From: Gemmatimonadales bacterium
GTDB taxonomy: Bacteria; Gemmatimonadota; Gemmatimonadetes; Gemmatimonadales; GWC2-71-9
Assembly: GCA_036559745.1 (NCBI GenBank)
Contig: DATBSO010000050.1
Span: 35,972 to 99,971, forward strand
Direction of reading: 5' to 3'
Length of the DNA stretch: 64,000 nucleotides
Under the pieces are notes generated by a model that worked only from the letters and a program-made list of their open reading frames with translations, did not search any database and was not told the origin of the DNA. Below are positions 1-7,011 of this stretch, one piece after another. Each line of letters begins with the position of its first letter. The stretch's first letter is position 1. The position numbers and the translations under genes were made by a program.

Positions 1-121
1 GCGCCCCCGATCTCCGACGCACGATACACGGCCTGTTCCGGACTGTACGCGACGCCCCCACGGGGGATCGCGACTCCGAAGCCGGCGAGCAGCTCCTTCG
101 CTTGGTACTCGTGGATGTCCA
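1..121 (-). CDS. Succinate--CoA / malate--CoA ligase beta subunit (SucC/MtkA family), N-terminal fragment running off the window
   Basis: Not in the ORF track because it is truncated. The reverse complement from 121 reads [40 protein letters not shown], the canonical ATP-grasp N-terminus of SucC/MtkA. GGAG lies about 12 nt upstream. It sits downstream of sgaA-mcl on the same strand. Confidence 0.55.
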
Positions 122-141
122 TTGGGTAACGCTCCGTTGAT

Positions 142-228
142 GGCTGAAGGCTAAAGGCTGAAGGCTGGAAGCTTCCAGTCTTCGGGCTTAGCCTTTAGCC
201 TTTGGCCTTCAGCCTCTAGCCTCCAGCT
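142..228. repeat. Inverted heptamer-array hairpin element, copy 1 (GGCTRAA x4 / YYYAGCC x6 around the CTGGAAG|CTTCCAG core)
   Basis: 142-172 reads GGCTGAA GGCTAAA GGCTGAA GGCTGGA AGC. 187-228 reads CTTAGCC TTTAGCC TTTGGCC TTCAGCC TCTAGCC TCCAGCT. There is a perfect central palindrome CTGGAAGCTTCCAG. The arms are imperfect reverse complements. Confidence 0.8.
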
Positions 229-1150
229 TCGCCGCCATCTGGACGACGTTCTGCGCCATCCGCGCCGACGCCGCATCGATCATGCGGCCATCGAGCTGAG
301 CCGCGCCGCGGCCCTCGCGCGCGGCGTGGTCCAGCGCGACCAAGATCCGTTTGGCCTTTTCGACCTCGGCGGGCAACGGGGTGAAGATCTCGTTGGCCAG
401 CTCGATCTGCGAGGGGTGGATCGCCCACTTTCCTTCTATACCCAGTGCGGCGCCCCGTCGCCCGGCCGCCCGGTATCCCTCGGGATCCTTGAAATCCCCG
501 AACGGCCCGTCGATCGGCCGCAGCCCATACGCCCGGCAGGCGACCACCATCCGCGAGATTGCGGCATGCCATTGGTCGCCGGGGTAGTCGGGATTGAGTC
601 CCCCGATACTCACGGTGCGCGCCCGGCAGCTCGCCGCATAGTCGGCCACGCCGAAGTGCATCGCCTCGAGCCGGCGGCTCGACTGCGCGATCGCCTCGAC
701 GTTGGCCATCCCCAGCGCGGTCTCGATGAGGACGTCGATCCCGATCCGGTGCGGGATCGCTTTCGCCTCCTCGATCTGGGTGAGCAGCGCGTCGACCAGA
801 TAGACATCCGAAGCTACGCCGACCTTGGGAATCAGAACGGTGTCGAGACGATGGCCGGCCTGCTCCACGACGTCCACCACGTCGCGGTACATGTAGTGGG
901 TGTCGATACCATTGATGCGGACGCAGATGGTCTTGCCGCGACCACGCCAGTCATGCTCCAGCAGTCCCGCAATCGTGTTGCTGCGGGCGCGCTCCTTGTC
1001 GCCGGGAGCGACCGCGTCCTCGAGGTCGAGAAATACGTAGTCCGCACCGCTCTCCAGTGCCTTGGCGAACATCCCCGGCTGGGACCCGGGAACGGCCAGC
1101 TCACTCCGCTGCAGCCGAGCGCGCGCCGGCTCGTGGCGCGTATGACTCAT
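209..1150 (-). CDS. mcl: L-malyl-CoA / beta-methylmalyl-CoA lyase (HpcH/HpaI-CitE aldolase family)
   Basis: Internal ATG of ORF 209..1540 (MSHTRHEP...). Contains FLDLEDAVAP, VRINGIDT..YRDVVDVVEQAG, IPKVG, DGPFGDF and GKWAIHPSQIELANEIF, which I recall as closely resembling characterised Mcl. The ATGA overlap with the sgaA stop is at 1147-1150. Confidence 0.85.
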   Translation of the reverse strand: MSHTRHEPARARLQRSELAVPGSQPGMFAKALESGADYVFLDLEDAVAPGDKERARSNTIAGLLEHDWRGRGKTICVRINGIDTHYMYRDVVDVVEQAGHRLDTVLIPKVGVASDVYLVDALLTQIEEAKAIPHRIGIDVLIETALGMANVEAIAQSSRRLEAMHFGVADYAASCRARTVSIGGLNPDYPGDQWHAAISRMVVACRAYGLRPIDGPFGDFKDPEGYRAAGRRGAALGIEGKWAIHPSQIELANEIFTPLPAEVEKAKRILVALDHAAREGRGAAQLDGRMIDAASARMAQNVVQMAAKLEARG

Positions 1151-2409
1151 CGGCCGGCGCCGGCGGTGGCCTTCTCCTTGGCGGGCGTCGCGGCCGATTG
1201 CGCATCGGGGGCGCGCGGCGGCAGGTCGCGCTTGGCCAGCGGAGCGGCGGTGCTCCGCCAATATTCCTGGGCCGCCGCCACACCGCTGCCCGGGGTCAAT
1301 TTGATACCGACATCCCGCATGGCCATCTCCGCGCCCGCGATGCCACCGAGCAGCATGAGCTCGTTCAGATCGCCGAGGTGGCCGATCCGGAAGAGGCGGC
1401 CGGCCATCCGGGCGAGCCCCGCCCCGAGGGCGAGGTTGTAGCGACGGAAGGCGACGTCGATCACTTCGGCGGCATTGATGCCCGCCGGGACCATGATCGC
1501 CGTGACGGTGTCGGAGTTCCACTTGGGCGCGCGGGCGCACAGCTCGAGGCCCCAGGCTTTCACCGCCTGCCGGGTGCCTTCGGCCAGACGGTGGTGGCGG
1601 GCGAACACGTTCTCGAGCCCCTCCTCGAACAGCATCGCGATCGACTCGCGGAGCCCGTAGAGCATCGGGAGCGACGGGGTGTAGGGGAAGTATCCCGTTG
1701 CGTTGGCCTTCCGCATGTCGCCGAAGTCGAAGAAGACCCGTGGCAGCTTGGCCTGCTCATAGAGTGCGAGCGCCTTCTGGCTCGCGCAGACAATGCCAAG
1801 ACCGGCCGGCAGCATGAGGCCCTTCTGGGAGCCCGTCACCGCGAGGTCGACGCCCCACTCGTCCATCCGGAAGTCGATGCTCGCGATCGAGCTGACCCCG
1901 TCCACCATGAGGAGGGCGGGATGCTTGGTATTATTGATCGCCTTGCGGATCCCCGCGACGTCGCTGGTGACGCCAGTCGCAGTCTCGTTGTGGGTGAAGA
2001 GCACCGCCTTGATCTGATGCTGCTTGTCGGCGGCGAGCGCCTCCTGATACCGTTCGACCGGCGCGCCTTCGCCCCACTCGGTGTCGAGCACGTCGACCTG
2101 GAGCCCGAGCCGTTGGGCCATGTCGATCCACAGATGGCTGAACATGCCGAACCGCGCAGCGAGGACGCGATCGCCCGGGGACAGCGTATTGGCGAGCGAG
2201 GCCTCCCAGGCTCCGGTGCCGCTGGCCGGAAAGATGAAGGCCTGGCCGGAGGAGGTCTTGAAGACCTTCTTGAGCTCTTCGAGACACGTGGCGGCAAGCG
2301 CCGGAAATGTGGAGGAGCGGTGGTCCTCCATCGCCACGTGCATGGCGCGCAGGACCCGGTCGGGCACATTGGTAGGGCCCGGGACGAAGAGGAAGTTGCG
2401 GCCGGCCAT
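1147..2409 (-). CDS. sgaA: Serine--glyoxylate (serine-pyruvate) aminotransferase, class V PLP enzyme
   Basis: MAGRNFLFVPGPTNVPDRVLRAM..., with the SQKGLMLPAGLG PLP-lysine region. I chose the ATG at 2409 because it is preceded by GAGAGG. Coupled to mcl. Confidence 0.8.
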   Translation of the reverse strand: MAGRNFLFVPGPTNVPDRVLRAMHVAMEDHRSSTFPALAATCLEELKKVFKTSSGQAFIFPASGTGAWEASLANTLSPGDRVLAARFGMFSHLWIDMAQRLGLQVDVLDTEWGEGAPVERYQEALAADKQHQIKAVLFTHNETATGVTSDVAGIRKAINNTKHPALLMVDGVSSIASIDFRMDEWGVDLAVTGSQKGLMLPAGLGIVCASQKALALYEQAKLPRVFFDFGDMRKANATGYFPYTPSLPMLYGLRESIAMLFEEGLENVFARHHRLAEGTRQAVKAWGLELCARAPKWNSDTVTAIMVPAGINAAEVIDVAFRRYNLALGAGLARMAGRLFRIGHLGDLNELMLLGGIAGAEMAMRDVGIKLTPGSGVAAAQEYWRSTAAPLAKRDLPPRAPDAQSAATPAKEKATAGAGR

Positions 2410-2508
2410 CGCGGAGCCTCTCTGTGAAAGATGAATCACCGGCGAGGCGGTACGCCGTCGCCGTTGCGGGCGGAGGTATTCGCCTCCGAATATTTATGCG
2501 TCATCCCT

Positions 2509-2537
2509 GATATATCACTTTGTGCTTTTTTTCACAA
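2509..2537 (-). promoter_or_regulatory. Candidate sigma70-type promoter for sgaA-mcl (TTGTGA-N17-TATATC), overlapped by a TGTGC-N6-TCACA palindrome at 2521-2536
   Basis: This is the only AT-rich patch in the sgaA / glycerate kinase divergent region. The hexamers were read directly. The palindrome resembles the CRP/FNR-family consensus TGTGA-N6-TCACA. Confidence 0.35.
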
Positions 2538-2547
2538 GGTTCCACTC

Positions 2548-3900
2548 GTGCCCCTGCCCGGCTCCGATTCCGCCACCGCTTCCCCGACCCACCACCTGCT
2601 GCGCGATCTCTATCGTGTTGCCACCGAGGCGGTTGATCCCGGACCAGCGCTCGCCGGGCGGCTGAGATCCCTGGCCTTGCCAACAGGCACCGAGCCTTGG
2701 ATCATCGCCCTCGGCAAGGCCGCGACGCCGATGGCGGAGGCCGCGGTCGCTGTGCTGCGCGAGCGAGGCGCCTCACCGGCCGGCGGCCTCATCGTCGCGC
2801 CTCGCGCCGGGGCCGTCCCCGACCCGCGTCTCACCGCGGTCGCGGGTGATCATCCCGAGCCCGGGCCTGGCTCCTTTGCGGCCGCCGAGGCGCTGGGATC
2901 ACTGGTCGCCCGGACCGTATCGGGCAGCGAAGTGTGGGTGCTGCTCTCCGGCGGCACGACCAGCCTCCTCGGGGCCCCGGAACCGGGGATCACCCCCGAC
3001 GAACTCACCGCGCTCTACGCCCTCCTGCTCGGTTCCGGCCTCGACATCACGGCGATGAACCGAATCCGGAAGCGGTTCTCCCGCTGGGGCGGCGGCAAGC
3101 TCGCTCGGGCCCTCCAGGGTTCCAGCGTCCGGGTCTACGTCGTCTCCGATGTCATCGGCGACGATCTCGCCTCGATCGGATCCGGGCCCTGCGTCCCGGA
3201 TCCTGCGACAGCCACGGAGGTGCGACAACTCTTGGAGACCGCCGGGCTCTGGACTCGCATTCCCGCCGCCGCGCGAGCCCTCGTCGCCGCCACCGAAGCC
3301 GGGAAAACACCGGAAACGCCAAAGCCCGGTGATCGAGCCTTCGCGCGGGTGTCCCACGAATTGATCGCCAGCAACAGGCTGGCCCTGGAGGCCGCTGCTC
3401 GTCACGCGGCGGCGGTGGGCCTCGCCCCGGAGGTGGCCGTGGAACCGCTGGCCGGGGAGGCGGCGGCGGCCGGGACGCGTCTGGCCGCCTTTCTCCTACA
3501 ACATTGCGGTCCCCCGGACATCCCGCAACCAGAGTCGGGAGGGACGCCGCGACGGTGCTTCATCTGGGGAGGGGAGACCACCGTGACCCTCGGCTCGGCG
3601 GCACCGGGTATGGGCGGTCGGTGCCAGGAGCTGGCGCTTGCCGCTGCCCGCACCCTCGACGGTGCGCCGGCCGGCGTGGCCCTGCTCGCGGCCGGCACCG
3701 ATGGGCGGGATGGACCCACCGATGCGGCCGGCGCCATCGTGGACCCTCGGACCTGGTCCGCGGCCATCGCCGGGGGCCGCGATCCCGAGCGGGATCTGCT
3801 CGGCCACGACGCGTACCGCTCGCTGGATGCGGCGCGCGCCCTGCTCCGCCCCGGCCTCACCGGTACCAACGTGATGGACATCGTCGTCGGCCTCTGCTGA
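2548..3900 (+). CDS. Glycerate 2-kinase / hydroxypyruvate reductase family protein (DUF4147 + MOFRL, TtuD/GckA type)
   Basis: Contains GKAA.PMA, GDHPEPG, LLSGGTTSL, NRIRKRFSRWGGGKLA, VSDVIGDDLASIGSGP, GGETTVT, GGRCQE, AAGTDGRDGPTDAAGA and TGTNVMD. I placed the start at the in-frame GTG 2548, downstream of the AT-rich promoter patch. The ATG at 2431 is the alternative. Confidence 0.75.
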   Translation: MPLPGSDSATASPTHHLLRDLYRVATEAVDPGPALAGRLRSLALPTGTEPWIIALGKAATPMAEAAVAVLRERGASPAGGLIVAPRAGAVPDPRLTAVAGDHPEPGPGSFAAAEALGSLVARTVSGSEVWVLLSGGTTSLLGAPEPGITPDELTALYALLLGSGLDITAMNRIRKRFSRWGGGKLARALQGSSVRVYVVSDVIGDDLASIGSGPCVPDPATATEVRQLLETAGLWTRIPAAARALVAATEAGKTPETPKPGDRAFARVSHELIASNRLALEAAARHAAAVGLAPEVAVEPLAGEAAAAGTRLAAFLLQHCGPPDIPQPESGGTPRRCFIWGGETTVTLGSAAPGMGGRCQELALAAARTLDGAPAGVALLAAGTDGRDGPTDAAGAIVDPRTWSAAIAGGRDPERDLLGHDAYRSLDAARALLRPGLTGTNVMDIVVGLC

Positions 3901-3942
3901 GCCTGCTCGACGACGGGTCTCCGGCTCACCCCCGATCGACGC

Positions 3943-4404
3943 TCACGGATGGAGCGAGAGCCTGGGCCGGTAGTCCTCTCCGAGAATCACCGTCGCGTCG
4001 ACCCGGCGCAGCGTGTCCGGCTCGATGCGCATGCGTCCCGCGCCGAGCGCTTCGACGATGTCCTTGCCCCGTCCAGGATCGCCGCGGCGGACGAGCACCC
4101 GAGTCGAATCCGACGCGCTGTCCGCGTTGCCGAAAAACACCACGTCCACGCCCCGCTCCCGCAGTACACGGGTAGCCACGCGGGCGAGCCCCTGGCGTCG
4201 CGTCCCGTTCAGCACTTCGACGGTGACCCGCCGAGCCGGAGAGGGGACGGCGTACGCATGACCCTGGACATGCTCGCGGGGCGACGGCGAGAACCGCCAC
4301 ACCGCGAGGATCGCCAGGAGCACCACGGCCCCGCTCAGCGCGATGCGGAGTGCGAGGCGACGAGGCTGTTCCAGAATCGGACCGTAGGTTCGGGCAGCGT
4401 CCAT
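3943..4404 (-). CDS. Single-pass membrane protein with a LytR_C-like (LytR cell-envelope C-terminal) domain
   Basis: Internal ATG (MDAARTYGP...). TM helix LALRIALSGAVVLLAILAVW, then VEVLNGTRRQGLARVATRVLRERGVDVVFFGNA...TRVLVR, which is typical of LytR_C. Confidence 0.6.
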   Translation of the reverse strand: MDAARTYGPILEQPRRLALRIALSGAVVLLAILAVWRFSPSPREHVQGHAYAVPSPARRVTVEVLNGTRRQGLARVATRVLRERGVDVVFFGNADSASDSTRVLVRRGDPGRGKDIVEALGAGRMRIEPDTLRRVDATVILGEDYRPRLSLHP

Positions 4405-4916
4405 CCCGATTGCACCAGTCGAGTGACTCGTTCGCGGGCGACCTCCCGGAGCACGCCACCCGGGTCGGACGGAAACCGGACCGCCAGCTCCGCGCGTCGT
4501 TCCCGGTCGCGGCTGCGGCCCGGCTCGAGGTAGTCGCCACAGTAGAGACTTCTGCCCACCATATCCCACTCCGCCAGCCCGAGGGAATGGTATCGCACGG
4601 CATCGAGGACGCCGCGATCGATCTCCCCCTCGGCCTTGGCCCGCGCCGCGCTCGCCGGACCGTGCCGGAGACTCGGCGGCCCGAGCGAGGTGGACGCCCA
4701 CTTCTCCAGCTCCTCGGCAGGCGCATCACGGAGCGCGTCGTGGAGCCACACGGCACGAAGCCAGCGGTTGCGCTCGTTGGCGGGGATGCCCATGTGCTCG
4801 GCCCACGATGACACCAGCTCGGCCACGCGCTCGATGTGCGCCAGCCGCTCGATGGAGACGATCGCCCAGGCCGGGAGCGTCGGACGTAGTCCCGGCGCCG
4901 ACGGCGTGCCGCTCAT
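4335..4916 (-). CDS. HD-domain phosphohydrolase (YqeK-like)
   Basis: Internal ATG (MSGTPSAP...). Contains HIERVAELV..WAEHMG, AVWLHDALRD and RYHSLG. ATGA overlap with the panC stop at 4913-4916. The 3' end overlaps the next gene by 70 nt. Confidence 0.55.
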   Translation of the reverse strand: MSGTPSAPGLRPTLPAWAIVSIERLAHIERVAELVSSWAEHMGIPANERNRWLRAVWLHDALRDAPAEELEKWASTSLGPPSLRHGPASAARAKAEGEIDRGVLDAVRYHSLGLAEWDMVGRSLYCGDYLEPGRSRDRERRAELAVRFPSDPGGVLREVARERVTRLVQSGWTLPEPTVRFWNSLVASHSASR

Positions 4917-5770
4917 CGATCGAGTCCATCGCCCAGGACGATGTTGTCGATCAGCCGTGTGCGACCGAGGCAGGCTGCGAGCGCCACGACGCTGTCGGCG
5001 TCCGCGGTGGCGACCGGCGCGAGGGCGCGGGGCTCCGCGATGGCGACGTATTCGACCTTCACGCCCGGAAACCTCGCCAGATGCGCGCGGATCGCCGCCT
5101 CGAGCGCGGCGGCCCTCGTCTCGCCGGCTCGCCACGCCTCGTGCGCCACACGCAACGCTCCACTCAGCGCGACGGCCTCACGGCGCTCGCCGGCGTCGAG
5201 GTATGCGTTCCGGCTGCTGAGCGCGAGGCCGTCGGGCTCGCGCACCGTCGGCACGATCACGATCTCGAGCGGCCAGTCGAGGTCCCGCACCATCTGCTGG
5301 ATGAGCACGGCCTGCTGCACGTCCTTGCGCCCGAAGCACGCGACGTCCGGCTCCACGAGATGGAGGAGCTTGGCCACCACCGTCAATACGCCGGCGAAAT
5401 GTCCCGGTCTGGCCGCGCCTTCCCATCGATCGGCGGTGGCGCCAGGCACCACCCGGATTTCCGCACCGGATGGATACATCGTCTCGGTCGACGGAACGAA
5501 GAGCGCTGTTACGTCCCTGCCCTTGGCCAGCGCGCGATCGCGCGCGAGGTCTCGCGGGTAGCGGGAGAAATCCTCGTTGGGGCCGAACTGGAGGGGATTG
5601 ACGAAGACGCTCATGATCACGACGTCGGTCCGACGGCGCGCCTCGTCCACGAGACGCAGATGCCCCTCGTGAAGAAAGCCCATGGTCGGCACGAAGCCGA
5701 TGCGCCGCCCCGCCGACCGCTGGCCCCGGATCCAGCGGCGCAGATCGGGAATCGTCTCGAGCTCGACCAT
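4913..5770 (-). CDS. panC: Pantoate--beta-alanine ligase
   Basis: GFVPTMGFLHEGHLRLV, MSVFVNPLQFGPNEDF, GHFAGVLTVVAKL, FGRKDVQQ. Confidence 0.92.
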   Translation of the reverse strand: MVELETIPDLRRWIRGQRSAGRRIGFVPTMGFLHEGHLRLVDEARRRTDVVIMSVFVNPLQFGPNEDFSRYPRDLARDRALAKGRDVTALFVPSTETMYPSGAEIRVVPGATADRWEGAARPGHFAGVLTVVAKLLHLVEPDVACFGRKDVQQAVLIQQMVRDLDWPLEIVIVPTVREPDGLALSSRNAYLDAGERREAVALSGALRVAHEAWRAGETRAAALEAAIRAHLARFPGVKVEYVAIAEPRALAPVATADADSVVALAACLGRTRLIDNIVLGDGLDR

Positions 5771-5777
5771 CGACGAA

Positions 5778-6587
5778 CTAGAAGCTGTGCTCGGAGCCTG
5801 GATAGCGACCGTCCCGCACCTCGGTGGCGTAGGCCCGCACGGCCGACCGCACGGCCTCGCCGAGCTCGGCGAAGCGCTTCAGGAACTTGGGATTGAACGT
5901 CTCGTTGAGACCGAGCATGTCGTGGAGCACGAGAACCTGGCCATCGCAGCCCGCACCGGCACCGATACCGATGGTGGGAATGGTCAGCGCCCGGGAGATA
6001 CGGGTGGCGAGATCCGCGGGGAGGAGTTCGAGCACGACCGCGCAGGCCCCTGCCTCCTCCAGCGCCTTGGCGTCGGCGAGAAGTCGATCGGCGGTCGGGG
6101 CGTCGCGTCCCTGAACCCGGTAGCCCCCGAGTGCGTGAACCGACTGGGGCGTGAGACCGAGATGTCCCATCACGGGAATTCCGCGGTCTACCAGCGCGCG
6201 CACCGTGTCGGCCATGGGGCGTCCTCCCTCGAGCTTCACCCCATGGGCGCCGGTTTCCTGAAGGATTCGGCCCGCGTTCCTGATGGCGTCGGATATCGAG
6301 ACTTGATAGGTGAGGAACGGAAGATCGACGAACACCAGTGCCCGGGTTGTGCCTCGGCGGACCGACGCCGCGTGGTAGATCATCTGATCCAGCGTGGCGC
6401 TCAGCGTCGTGTCGTGGCCGGCGAGCACCTGGTTGACCGAGTCGCCCACGAGCAGCACGTCCACGTCGGACGCGTCGAGCAGCCTGGCGAACGCCGCGTC
6501 ATAGCACGTGAGCACCACCACGCGGCGACCGGCGGCCTTCATGGCCGTGAGATCGGGCACGGTCAGGGGACGGCTCTCAGCGGTCAT
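5778..6587 (-). CDS. panB: 3-methyl-2-oxobutanoate hydroxymethyltransferase
   Basis: VVLTCYDAAFARLLD, LLVGDSVNQVLAGHDTTL, GAHGVKLEGG, VMGHLGLTPQS. Confidence 0.92.
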   Translation of the reverse strand: MTAESRPLTVPDLTAMKAAGRRVVVLTCYDAAFARLLDASDVDVLLVGDSVNQVLAGHDTTLSATLDQMIYHAASVRRGTTRALVFVDLPFLTYQVSISDAIRNAGRILQETGAHGVKLEGGRPMADTVRALVDRGIPVMGHLGLTPQSVHALGGYRVQGRDAPTADRLLADAKALEEAGACAVVLELLPADLATRISRALTIPTIGIGAGAGCDGQVLVLHDMLGLNETFNPKFLKRFAELGEAVRSAVRAYATEVRDGRYPGSEHSF

Positions 6588-7009
6588 CGGGAGTCATGGG
6601 TTTGAAGTTCCGCCAGCTCTCGGAGCCAGAAGTCGCGGTTGGGCAACTCGGGATGGGGAATGATAAGGTCGGGCTCGGCGACGCGCTGCTCACCGTACCG
6701 CACGATGTCGAGGTCGAGGGGCCGGGGTGCCCAGTGCGACGTCCGCACCCGACCGGCTCGATGCTCGATGTCGTGGAGCGCGTCCAGCAGCGCCCGCGGC
6801 GAGAGCTCGGTATCGATGGCGACCATCTGATTGAGGTACGGGGGCTGCGCCATCCCACCGAGGGGCGCGGTCTCCTCGATCGCGGATGCGGCCACGAGCT
6901 CGGTATCCGGGAGGCGGGCCAGGGCCGCGCGAGCCGCGCGCAGGTGTGCATGGCGATCGCCCAGATTGCTGCCGAGCGCCACGTACGCGCGCTGGCGCGA
7001 ACCGGTCAC
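6584..7009 (-). CDS. folK: 2-amino-4-hydroxy-6-hydroxymethyldihydropteridine diphosphokinase
   Basis: This is the C-terminal 141 codons of the artefactual 841-aa ORF. GTG start at 7009. Sequence: AYVALGSNLGDR...PPYLNQMVAIDT...HWAPRPLDLDIV...IPHPELPNRDFWLREL. ATGA overlap with the panB start at 6584-6587. Confidence 0.85.
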   Translation of the reverse strand: MTGSRQRAYVALGSNLGDRHAHLRAARAALARLPDTELVAASAIEETAPLGGMAQPPYLNQMVAIDTELSPRALLDALHDIEHRAGRVRTSHWAPRPLDLDIVRYGEQRVAEPDLIIPHPELPNRDFWLRELAELQTHDSR

Positions 7010-7011
7010 GC

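Noticed and set aside
142-228. Could the heptamer arrays (here and at 49221-49360 and 62893-63012) be CRISPR arrays or a minisatellite coding region?
   Set aside because: The units are only 7 nt with no unique spacers, and the arrays are inverted rather than direct. No cas genes are present. They are not CRISPR. Only a few terminal codons of the upstream genes are coding.
2410-2508. A glycine or other riboswitch in the ~100-nt sgaA leader.
   Set aside because: Two simple hairpins are visible, but none of the conserved glycine-riboswitch core sequences that I can recall. The evidence is insufficient for any riboswitch class.
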